64,000 nucleotides of DNA from Bacilli bacterium (lineage in GTDB: Bacteria; Bacillota_I; Bacilli_A; ML615J-28; CAG-698). Made by a program: the position numbers and the translations under genes. This document shows, in pieces, positions 41,866 through 49,721 of the stretch (position 1 is the stretch's first letter; every line of letters starts with the position of its first letter). Under the pieces are notes generated by a model. The model had not been told where the DNA came from, ran no database searches, and worked only from the letters and a program-made list of their open reading frames with translations. The stretch covers positions 22,307 through 86,306 of the forward strand of contig JAQUYR010000001.1 of assembly GCA_028691715.1 (NCBI GenBank). The letters run 5' to 3'.

Positions 41866-42870
41866 TTATTTACCGAAGATTCGCACCACTCTTTTTAATT
41901 TTCGGGGAATGTCAAGTCCATATGGACATTTTTTTATACAAGCCTGACAATTAACACAGGCACTAGCAAAATGTTTCATATTCCCATATCTCTCTTTTGC
42001 CCAGTCGACTAACCCATAACGGTCAAAATATCCTTCAAAAACAAAACAACTAGGAATATCAATACCCTGTGGACACGGCATACAATAACCACATCGACGG
42101 CAGAAATCCTTATCCAGGGTTTCTCTTATTTCTTTGATATACATCTTTTCATCATCGGTAAAGTCTCCTGATATTACAGTGGCATTTTGTTTGACCTCTA
42201 AAACACTGGCCATTCCAGGAATGGCAACACTGATGAAATCAGCATTGATTATATATTTTAGAGCAATCTTCCCGTTTTCAATCGCCCCACCAGCCAATGG
42301 TTTCATAACAATGACACCAACATCTTTTCTAATAGCCTTTTGAAACAGACTTTCAGCTTTAGTCTCAATTATGTTATATGGAAATTGGATAGTTGCAAAA
42401 GGATTATTATCAATTATCTTTTCTAGAAAATCAAGACTATGAGAAGTTATCCCAATATACCCTATTTTTCCACTTGCCTTAGCCTCAAGAAGAGCTTTAT
42501 ATGCTCCATTTAGAGACATAACCTGAAAATACTCCTCTTCAGTTTTTACGTTGTGGAGTTGATAAATATCTATGTAATCTGTCTTTAAGTTGCTTAGACT
42601 TATATCGATATCTTTTTTCATCATATCATAAGTGCGAGCCATTGATTTTGTACAAAGAACAAATTTGTCGCGTTTTCCCACTAAAGCTTCACCTAAATAC
42701 GCCTCAGAGCAGGTATATCCTCTAGCTGTATCAATGAAATTGATCCCTTGATTTATCAATTCATCAATAATCTTATTTACCTCTTCTTGGGTTGTTCTTT
42801 GAATTGGTATTCCCCCAAGACCAATTTCACTGACATATAGCCCTGTTTTCCCTAGTTTTCTCTTATTCAT
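41866..42870 (-). CDS. Aldo/keto reductase with C-terminal Fe-S cluster-binding extension
   Basis: 334 aa; AKR TIM-barrel N-terminus (GLGGIPIQR...IDTARGY) plus CRRCGYCMPCPQG and CVNCQACIKKCPYG ferredoxin-like Cys motifs. Confidence 0.75.
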   Translation of the reverse strand: MNKRKLGKTGLYVSEIGLGGIPIQRTTQEEVNKIIDELINQGINFIDTARGYTCSEAYLGEALVGKRDKFVLCTKSMARTYDMMKKDIDISLSNLKTDYIDIYQLHNVKTEEEYFQVMSLNGAYKALLEAKASGKIGYIGITSHSLDFLEKIIDNNPFATIQFPYNIIETKAESLFQKAIRKDVGVIVMKPLAGGAIENGKIALKYIINADFISVAIPGMASVLEVKQNATVISGDFTDDEKMYIKEIRETLDKDFCRRCGYCMPCPQGIDIPSCFVFEGYFDRYGLVDWAKERYGNMKHFASACVNCQACIKKCPYGLDIPRKLKRVVRIFGK

Positions 42871-43378
42871 TAAATTTCACTTCCAAATTCTTTTTATATT
42901 TCTCAATGTAGATTATTTTACCAAATTTTCTTTCTGATGAAAATAACTCAATAGCATCGACTTTATTATTAATTTCAATAGGCTTATCAATAACCAAATT
43001 TGTCTCTCTAATCAGAGTTATGTGGGGATAGTATCTTCTCTTCTCAAGTTTAAATCCTTTATCCATCAATTCTTCTTCTAGATCTTTTTGAAGAACAAGT
43101 AATTCATCAGTCAAAGCAATTTCTAAAATAATCATGTCTTTTAATGTTTTAATTCTCTTGATTGTAATCTCAAAAGTTCGATTTTTTCTTTCTTCAATAA
43201 TATTTTTAACAATGTCTACTTGATCATCTCTAATTTCTCCCAAAAAATTTAGAGTTATATGAATATTATTTATGTCGGTATAATTGCCTATAAATTTGTT
43301 CCTGTGAAAATTTTGCATGAGTAAAGAGATTCGCCTTAAAGTTTCGTTACTTGGTTTAATTCCAATAAAAGCTCGCAT
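42863..43378 (-). CDS. thpR: RNA 2',3'-cyclic phosphodiesterase (2H phosphoesterase, LigT/ThpR family)
   Basis: 171 aa; two H-x-T-x motifs (HITLNFLGE and HITLIRE). Confidence 0.75.
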   Translation of the reverse strand: MRAFIGIKPSNETLRRISLLMQNFHRNKFIGNYTDINNIHITLNFLGEIRDDQVDIVKNIIEERKNRTFEITIKRIKTLKDMIILEIALTDELLVLQKDLEEELMDKGFKLEKRRYYPHITLIRETNLVIDKPIEINNKVDAIELFSSERKFGKIIYIEKYKKNLEVKFNE

Positions 43379-43416
43379 AATTTTCTCCTCTGTTACAAAT
43401 ATTAACCAATAATTTT

Positions 43417-44262
43417 TTATATTTTAAAATCAATAGGCACTAAAGCTTCAAAACTAACTTCTTCAAAAGTTCTAGGATGAATAAATGTTAATTTCTTCGA
43501 AAAAAGCATCAGCTTTTCCCCTTCTTTTCCGTATATTTTATCTCCTATAATCGGGTGTTTCAAGTGACTTAGATGAACTCTAATCTGATGAGTTCTTCCA
43601 GTTTTTATAATAACTCTTAACAAGCTTTTTTTGTTTTTTGATTCGACTGTTTCGTATTCAGTTACAGCCCTTTTCCCACTAGTAGTTACCAAATACTGGT
43701 TTGAAAAATGGCGGTTCTTGCCTATATTCAATTCGATTATTCCCCTTTCAGGAGATAACTTCCCTTCTATAAGGGCTAAATATTCCTTGGTCATTTGATT
43801 ATTTTCCAATTGATAACTTAGAGAGGATTGAGCCAATGGATGTTTAGCGAATAAGACTAGTCCTCTTGTCTCAAAATCAAGGCGATGAACACAATAGCAA
43901 TTACTTTCTTCACCTTTCTTGTCCAAGTAATAATTCACAGCATTTGTTAAAGTGTGAATATCTTCTCCATCGCTATGAAGTAAAATCTTTTCTGGTTTAT
44001 TGACAAGTAAAATATCTTTATCCTCATAAATAATCTCTATTTTTTGACGCCATAAGTGCGGTCTTTCTTGTTCGAGAACACCAAAATCAAGAGTAATAAT
44101 ATCTCCAACTACTATTTCAGTAGAGCCTTTTGCAGTCATTCCATTAACCTTTATAGCATCTGCTACTTCTAATTTATATATCTTACTTTTAGCCAGATGA
44201 AATTCTTCAAAAAAGCCTCTTACTGTCAAACTTTTTTTATTGATGAATTCTATCTCTTTCAT
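43417..44262 (-). CDS. RluA family pseudouridine synthase (no S4 domain evident)
   Basis: 281 aa; catalytic HRLDFETRGLVLFAKH motif. Confidence 0.8.
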   Translation of the reverse strand: MKEIEFINKKSLTVRGFFEEFHLAKSKIYKLEVADAIKVNGMTAKGSTEIVVGDIITLDFGVLEQERPHLWRQKIEIIYEDKDILLVNKPEKILLHSDGEDIHTLTNAVNYYLDKKGEESNCYCVHRLDFETRGLVLFAKHPLAQSSLSYQLENNQMTKEYLALIEGKLSPERGIIELNIGKNRHFSNQYLVTTSGKRAVTEYETVESKNKKSLLRVIIKTGRTHQIRVHLSHLKHPIIGDKIYGKEGEKLMLFSKKLTFIHPRTFEEVSFEALVPIDFKI

Positions 44263-45122
44263 TTTAACATCCTCATTATTTGTTCTTCATCCAATTCTTT
44301 TATTAGGCAGCCTCTATCTTTATATAACTTCAATTGTTCTATTTTTGTTTTAGGACAGTTTTCAAAAATTATGAAATAATCTAGGCCTCTATTTATTCCC
44401 TTTGCCAGATAAGCACCATTAATCAATAGTTTTCGGGAAAATTCTTTCCTAGTTAGTCCCTTTGGTTTGCCACCAAAAGCCACAACTTTGTTTTTAATAT
44501 CAGGATTATCTATTATTTCCCCGGGTTTTGCTTTATGATACTGGGTAAAAGACCCCCAATACTTGTCTTTGTTATAACCCCCAAAAATCAATCCCAAAGC
44601 TTCATATAATTCTTCTTCTGAAGAAACGTTCTTAACCCTCTTAGCTCTTTCAATTATTTTTGTACAGACGAGAGCATCGCTCAAAGAATCATGATGATTG
44701 TGATCAACCTCTAAATATTTTGATAATGTTCCAAGTTTACAATTGGGAACTATCCCTTTCCAAATGCGTTGTGCCACCTTCAAAGTACAACCAACTTTTA
44801 TACTAGGAGTATCTAGTTGATATTTTTCAACAAGAGCTTTTAAAACAGCAATATCGAATTCAGCATTATGAGCAAAAACTAAAGTGTTTTGGAAAAAACC
44901 TCTTATTTCTGGCCACAATTCCGAAAAGGTTTTTTCATCTGCTACCATTTTTGAAGTTATTCCGTGAATCGTTATATTAAATTCAGAAAATGACTCTTGA
45001 GGATTGATTAAGTATTCCTTCTCAAAGACAATCCTATCATTAGTGATCGCGACTATTCCTATGCTACAAGCACTTGTCAGTGATGCATTAGCCGTTTCAA
45101 AATCAATTGCTACATAATCCAT
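44259..45122 (-). CDS. DEDDh 3'-5' exonuclease (DnaQ-like) with C-terminal BRCT-like domain
   Basis: 287 aa; Exo I AIDFETAN, Exo II/III motifs (HNAEFDIAVL; HHDSLSDAL). C-terminal ~80 aa (GGKPKGLTRKEFSRKLLINGAYL) BRCT-like. Confidence 0.7.
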   Translation of the reverse strand: MDYVAIDFETANASLTSACSIGIVAITNDRIVFEKEYLINPQESFSEFNITIHGITSKMVADEKTFSELWPEIRGFFQNTLVFAHNAEFDIAVLKALVEKYQLDTPSIKVGCTLKVAQRIWKGIVPNCKLGTLSKYLEVDHNHHDSLSDALVCTKIIERAKRVKNVSSEEELYEALGLIFGGYNKDKYWGSFTQYHKAKPGEIIDNPDIKNKVVAFGGKPKGLTRKEFSRKLLINGAYLAKGINRGLDYFIIFENCPKTKIEQLKLYKDRGCLIKELDEEQIMRMLK

Positions 45123-45159
45123 ACTCTACCTCTTTTATTCTCACAAATTATAACATGTT

Positions 45160-45193
45160 TTTTATAAAAAAATCGAACCTTTATGATTCGACT
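45160..45193 (-). terminator. Weak terminator after the 642-aa lipoprotein gene
   Basis: GUCGAA-ucauaaagg-UUCGAU stem followed by U7 on minus strand. Confidence 0.35.
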
Positions 45194-45203
45194 TCTATAT
45201 TTA

Positions 45204-47132
45204 TTATTCAACGACGTAAACTACTCCTCGCCAAAAGCTCATAAATGTTTCTAAAGGAAATTCATAATATACAAATAGCCCTTCACCAAAACGTGAATTA
45301 ATATTAGGATCATTACAGATAACATATGTTTTCCCATTTACTTGTTTATAGCCCCGAACAACAATTAAGTGTCCTCCTGTAGTATACAGACCAGTGTTTC
45401 CCTTTATGCTTGCTCCAACAGGACCGACTGTAGCCAAATGGTATTTTAATTCATTCCAAGAATACATCCTTTGTACATAAGCATTTAGTCCAAAAGCTCC
45501 CATAGTAACAGTGTTGTATACCCAATTACCATATGTTGGATTATTATGTCCACGGTCAGCAACAAGACCTGCTATATAACGATGTTCATATAGAGGATCT
45601 TTATCAGTAAAATTAAATCCTTTGTATTTAAGAAGCATTGTTGAAGTGGTAGCACTACAAATAGAACCGCCAATTTCAGGAACCTCATTTTGATTTAATT
45701 TAGGAACATCATAATCAACCTCAACTGGTAGATTCTCCATATTTGGGGTATATGTATAATTAGGAATATCCAAAGTAACTGCCACCAAAGAAACTTTAGG
45801 TGATTCATCAGTAGTACTATTTCTTCTCAAAGTTATTTTATATTGGAAGGCGTTTCCTTTGTAAGGATCAATCAATAAAATCTCATCAGTATTCATTTTT
45901 ACTTTTGTATCATCCTGATTATAATAGAGATTATTTCTTCCCAGTCCCCAAACACCATATGTGAAATATTTACTCCAACTAGTGCCTACTTTAACCTTTA
46001 TCTGCAATTCACAAGTTGATACCGTACTAGATATCGCCGCCCATGAAGCAACAAGTTCTGTAAAGTTCTTTGTATTGAATATCAAAGATTCATAACTTCC
46101 TTCAACTGCTCCGTCAACAAGAATTAGTTTTCCCTCTTCTAACATAACATTTTCCATGTTTGTCTGACGATATGTTTCTACCCTATCCACTAAAATATGA
46201 TTTGCCATATTGACTTCTTTTTCTTCCATCATTTTCGTTTTCACCTCGAATGTTTTATCCATAGTTGTTGTTCCTGAAATTAATTGAACCCTTAAAGTTA
46301 TTGTTTCTTCAGCATATGTTAAATTAACAGTTCCATTAGAAGAAATAACCTTGTCATTTGATGATGTCCATATCGCTTTTACTCCAAAGCCGTATTCACC
46401 TTTTAAATCTAGATTTGTTTCTACAATTTCTGGTATAGAGATGGTTGCCATTGCCAATTCTAATTTTTGGCTATCCGGATAAGTTTTTACCAGAATTATA
46501 AAATCCTTACTTTCAATGTACTTATCATTATCACCATAGATTAAAGTAGCTGATAAAGTTATATACAAATCAGCAGGAACATAAGAATATTTTCCCTCAC
46601 CAGAGAGAACATTCTTATCCGATGAAGCCCAAACTATTCTGACCCCGTTAATCATTGTTGGTAAAACAATATCTTCACTTACTTCTAGTGGTATTGTTAA
46701 TTCATCCAGAACATTATAGAAGAGTTCTTTCTCATATGATTCAACCAACACCTGGCCAATATTTTTTTCTTCAGTAAATAAGTCTATACTCGCTTTAACC
46801 GTGATGGTTACCCAAATATCATCCTTTTGTTGAACAACTATTCCAGCATTACTTATTGCCGGGCTATTTGTAATCCATTCCAGTTCTATATTCTTCCCTT
46901 TATAAACAACAGCAGATTCAAACTCCAAATCTGTCTTTGTTTTTTGAGGTAGAGTAATTGTTTCTAAATATTCTTTTATTAGATCCCTTGTTTCCCTCTC
47001 GTTTTTTATACTATCTTCAATATCTTCTTCATTGTCTTCATCAGGTAAATCATTATTATCAACACCACTATTAACACAGCCATTCAAAAAAATAAATCCA
47101 AGCATCAAAAAAAAGATCACAATTTTCTTCAT
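45204..47132 (-). CDS. Secreted lipoprotein with Ig-like repeat region and C-terminal C39-like (papain-fold) cysteine peptidase domain
   Basis: 642 aa; lipoprotein signal MKKIVIFFLMLGFIFLNGC. C-terminal GGSICSATTSTMLL (Cys nucleophile) ...GGHLIVVRGY (His) ...ICNDP, as in Peptidase_C39_2 proteins. Confidence 0.5.
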   Translation of the reverse strand: MKKIVIFFLMLGFIFLNGCVNSGVDNNDLPDEDNEEDIEDSIKNERETRDLIKEYLETITLPQKTKTDLEFESAVVYKGKNIELEWITNSPAISNAGIVVQQKDDIWVTITVKASIDLFTEEKNIGQVLVESYEKELFYNVLDELTIPLEVSEDIVLPTMINGVRIVWASSDKNVLSGEGKYSYVPADLYITLSATLIYGDNDKYIESKDFIILVKTYPDSQKLELAMATISIPEIVETNLDLKGEYGFGVKAIWTSSNDKVISSNGTVNLTYAEETITLRVQLISGTTTMDKTFEVKTKMMEEKEVNMANHILVDRVETYRQTNMENVMLEEGKLILVDGAVEGSYESLIFNTKNFTELVASWAAISSTVSTCELQIKVKVGTSWSKYFTYGVWGLGRNNLYYNQDDTKVKMNTDEILLIDPYKGNAFQYKITLRRNSTTDESPKVSLVAVTLDIPNYTYTPNMENLPVEVDYDVPKLNQNEVPEIGGSICSATTSTMLLKYKGFNFTDKDPLYEHRYIAGLVADRGHNNPTYGNWVYNTVTMGAFGLNAYVQRMYSWNELKYHLATVGPVGASIKGNTGLYTTGGHLIVVRGYKQVNGKTYVICNDPNINSRFGEGLFVYYEFPLETFMSFWRGVVYVVE

Positions 47133-47207
47133 ACAAATTACCTCTTCACAATTGTATCACTTTTATTTATAAAAAAAAAGATTTATTTAATTTTACCCCA
47201 GAAATTA

Positions 47208-47236
47208 GGAAACCGAGCTTGGGTAAGCTCGGTTTA
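47208..47236. repeat. GC-rich 11-bp-stem hairpin (AAACCGAGCTT-GGGT-AAGCTCGGTTT) in divergent intergenic region
   Basis: Perfect inverted repeat, strongly GC-rich relative to the ~25% GC surroundings. No adjacent T-run on either strand. Confidence 0.5.
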
Positions 47237-47248
47237 GGAAGGGGATGT

Positions 47249-47270
47249 TGTGAATAAATAAATTTATTCA
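47249..47270. promoter_or_regulatory. Perfect 10-2-10 palindrome GTGAATAAAT-AA-ATTTATTCAC (candidate operator)
   Basis: Read directly; ~100 bp upstream of the SGNH/sigma operon promoter and ~120 bp upstream of the divergent lipoprotein gene. Confidence 0.35.
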
Positions 47271-47372
47271 CCGCTTTATGTAGGGGATAAGTACAATTCT
47301 TTCGAATTGCGTATGTAGTATAGCAAGTTTTTATTAAAAAAGCAAGTCTTTTGTGTTAATATTTTCTTTTTA

Positions 47373-47402
47373 ATGACAAATGGGCTACTTTTGTTGTATA
47401 AT
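47373..47402 (+). promoter_or_regulatory. Putative sigma-A promoter of SGNH-sigma-antisigma operon
   Basis: ATGACA-18 nt-TATAAT. Overlaps the ORF-track start codon, so the true CDS start is downstream. Confidence 0.4.
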
Positions 47403-47417
47403 TTATGTGGTGATAAA

Positions 47418-48464
47418 ATGAATATTGGAAAAATAGATAAAAATATGCTTGATGACAAAAAAAATGAAATCGGTACCATTTGGTATGGTCGACCAGATAT
47501 TGATTATTCTGTTCATGGGTTGTATTGGTTTAAGGAGAACAACTCCTATTGTCGATTAAAAGAAGATACTTTTGTTAGTGATAATGTTAGTCAATTATCC
47601 TACCATCCTTCTGGTGCTTACTTAGCCTTTATGACCAATACGACTTCAATATCGTTGAGGGTTTCGCTTTCTTCTGCTGCATATATGTCCCATATGAGCG
47701 CTTGTGGCCAATGTGGCTTGGATTTATATTTCTTAAACAAGGACAACTATGTCTTTTTAGCGACTACTAAAATTAATAAAGCTGAATACGAAATAACCAT
47801 TATCTCAGGAATGTCAAAAAAAATGCGCGAATACCGTTTATATTTACCAATATATACGAAATTGATCAGCATTGAAATTGGTATTGACAGTGATGCCAAT
47901 ATTAATAAATGTGAAGATTTTAAGCCAGAAGCCATTGTTTGTTATGGTACTTCAATAACCCAAGGAGGTTGTGCTACTCGTCCTGGAATGAATTACTCCA
48001 GTATTTTGGGAAGACATTTAAATTACGAAATTTATAATTTAGGCTTTTCGGGAAGTGCGAAGTTAGAGGAAAATATGGCTTATCAAATATCATTGATTAA
48101 GGAGATGAAATATTTGATTATTGAAGCGGAAGCTAATTCTGGTTATTCAGATATCCTTGAAAACAGATTGAAAGCTTTCTTAGATATCATTGTGAAGAGC
48201 AGTAAAACAGATATTTTCATTATTTCTCACTACCCAAGACCTGATACTTTGATAAAATCTGATATCAGAAAAAAATTGCAAAAAAACGCATTGTTTCAAA
48301 AAAATATCTGCTCTTTATATAAAAATGTTAGTTTTGTTGATGGCAAAAAACTTCTTCGTTCTTATCAATTTGAAGAAACCGTTGATGGTACTCATTTAAC
48401 AGATTTAGGTTTTTTTGCTGTTGCAAAGTTTTTTATAAAATTAATTGAAAAAAAAGGTAATTAG
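47418..48464 (+). CDS. SGNH/GDSL-like hydrolase family protein
   Basis: Start moved to ATG with GGTGA RBS (MNIGKIDKN...). GTSITQGG block I and DGTHLTDLG block V (catalytic Asp/His) consistent with SGNH hydrolases. Confidence 0.6.
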   Translation: MNIGKIDKNMLDDKKNEIGTIWYGRPDIDYSVHGLYWFKENNSYCRLKEDTFVSDNVSQLSYHPSGAYLAFMTNTTSISLRVSLSSAAYMSHMSACGQCGLDLYFLNKDNYVFLATTKINKAEYEITIISGMSKKMREYRLYLPIYTKLISIEIGIDSDANINKCEDFKPEAIVCYGTSITQGGCATRPGMNYSSILGRHLNYEIYNLGFSGSAKLEENMAYQISLIKEMKYLIIEAEANSGYSDILENRLKAFLDIIVKSSKTDIFIISHYPRPDTLIKSDIRKKLQKNALFQKNICSLYKNVSFVDGKKLLRSYQFEETVDGTHLTDLGFFAVAKFFIKLIEKKGN

Positions 48465-48499
48465 TTTGTTTAATAAGTGAGCAAACGGAAAGGCAATTT

Positions 48500-49006
48500 A
48501 TGAATGCTCGAGAACTGGACAATTATATTAATTTATATTTATCTGGACAGGAAGATGCTTTTGATGTTATATACTATGAAACTCAAAAAACAGTATATTT
48601 ATCAATATATAATATTATCAAAGATAGAAGCCTAATTGAAGACATTATGCAAGATACCTATCTTAAAGCTATAAACTCAATTGAATACTACAAAAAAGGG
48701 ACCAATTTTCAAGCTTGGATTTCAACAATTGCTAGAAATCAAGCTATCAATGTTTATAATAAGCGTAAGAAGGAAACTTTGGTCGATCCTGTTGATAATA
48801 TAAAATTCTTTGAAAGTCCTGTTGAGAAAAATAGTTTACTTGAAAAGGCTCTAAAAGTTTTGGACGGTTTAGAAAAAGATATCATTGTTTACCATATAGT
48901 TCTCAATTTTAAATTTCAAGACATTGCCAATATTTTAGAAATTCCTTTAAGTACTGTTTTCTTTATGTATAAAAAGGCACTTTCAAAAATTAAAAAAGAG
49001 GTGTAA
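48500..49006 (+). CDS. ECF-type RNA polymerase sigma-70 factor
   Basis: 168 aa; region 2 (DTYLKAINSIEYY...WISTIARNQAIN) and region 4 HTH (DIANILEIPLSTVFFMYKKA). Confidence 0.85.
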   Translation: MNARELDNYINLYLSGQEDAFDVIYYETQKTVYLSIYNIIKDRSLIEDIMQDTYLKAINSIEYYKKGTNFQAWISTIARNQAINVYNKRKKETLVDPVDNIKFFESPVEKNSLLEKALKVLDGLEKDIIVYHIVLNFKFQDIANILEIPLSTVFFMYKKALSKIKKEV

Positions 49007-49010
49007 TACC

Positions 49011-49631
49011 ATGAAAATTAAAAAATTTAAAAATATTGTTAGTGCTGAGAAAATAGATATTCCCGATATTTTTGAGAAAATCAAACCTATTGCTTATGCA
49101 AAAAAAGTTCCTGCTCTAGCAACTATTAAACCATCATATAGAAAAAGAATCATCTTTGCTTCTTTGGTAACAGTAACCTGCGCTTTTCTATTGATTTTCT
49201 TTGTTCCTGGAGGCTTAAAGGAAGTAATTGATTTTGATCCTATGAATACAGAATCATCTTTGGATGATCCTACACTAGACCCCAACGTTCCCAAAGATAG
49301 TGAAAACGAAAGCGAAGATCCAGAAGTTCCAACCGATAACCCCAGAACATATCAACAGGATTATTATTATTCCTTGTTTAATAGTATTGGTAGTGAAGTA
49401 GAACCATCAGATAGTGAGGGTGTTGTTTTGACCGAAGAGCAAAAAGAGACAGTCTTACCTCCTTCAGTTTTTTACGCTATGTATGATATAATCATCACTT
49501 CTGGAATTACCGATTATGATATGGTTATCAATGATCTAATCGCCTGGGGTAAAGATTATTCTTATGATGCCACCTATTTTCACGATAACAATGATAAGAT
49601 CTTATATGTTTATGATTTACTAATTGGATAA
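49011..49631 (+). CDS. Putative single-pass anti-sigma factor
   Basis: 206 aa; ~45-aa cytoplasmic N-terminus, one TM (IIFASLVTVTCAFLLIFFV), acidic extracytoplasmic domain. 4 nt after the sigma gene. Confidence 0.5.
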   Translation: MKIKKFKNIVSAEKIDIPDIFEKIKPIAYAKKVPALATIKPSYRKRIIFASLVTVTCAFLLIFFVPGGLKEVIDFDPMNTESSLDDPTLDPNVPKDSENESEDPEVPTDNPRTYQQDYYYSLFNSIGSEVEPSDSEGVVLTEEQKETVLPPSVFYAMYDIIITSGITDYDMVINDLIAWGKDYSYDATYFHDNNDKILYVYDLLIG

Positions 49632-49647
49632 TTTGATATCATGTGTT

Positions 49648-49670
49648 AAAGGGCTTATAAACAGCCCTTT
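49648..49670 (+). terminator. Terminator of sigma/anti-sigma operon
   Basis: AAAGGGCU-uauaaac-AGCCCUUU followed by UCAUUUUGUU. Confidence 0.6.
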
Positions 49671-49689
49671 TCATTTTGTTATAAATTAA

Positions 49690-49720
49690 AAACCTCTTAA
49701 GTTTTACTTAAGAGGTTAAT
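49690..49720 (-). terminator. Terminator of the DUF2779-lipoprotein operon
   Basis: AACCUCUUAAG-uaaaa-CUUAAGAGGUU 11-bp stem followed by UUUUAAUUUAU on minus strand, just after the lipoprotein stop. Confidence 0.6.
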
Positions 49721-49721
49721 T

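Noticed and set aside
47208-47236. Resemblance of the hairpin arms to an ECF sigma promoter (GGAAAC-N16-CGGTTT)
   Set aside because: The similarity is produced by the inverted repeat itself (AAC...GTT symmetry). Without TSS data this is most likely coincidental, so it is not claimed as a promoter.
47276-47479. 67-aa minus-strand ORF in the divergent SGNH/lipoprotein intergenic region
   Set aside because: It overlaps the SGNH promoter and start codon, has no RBS, and is hydrophobic and low-complexity. More likely noncoding regulatory DNA.
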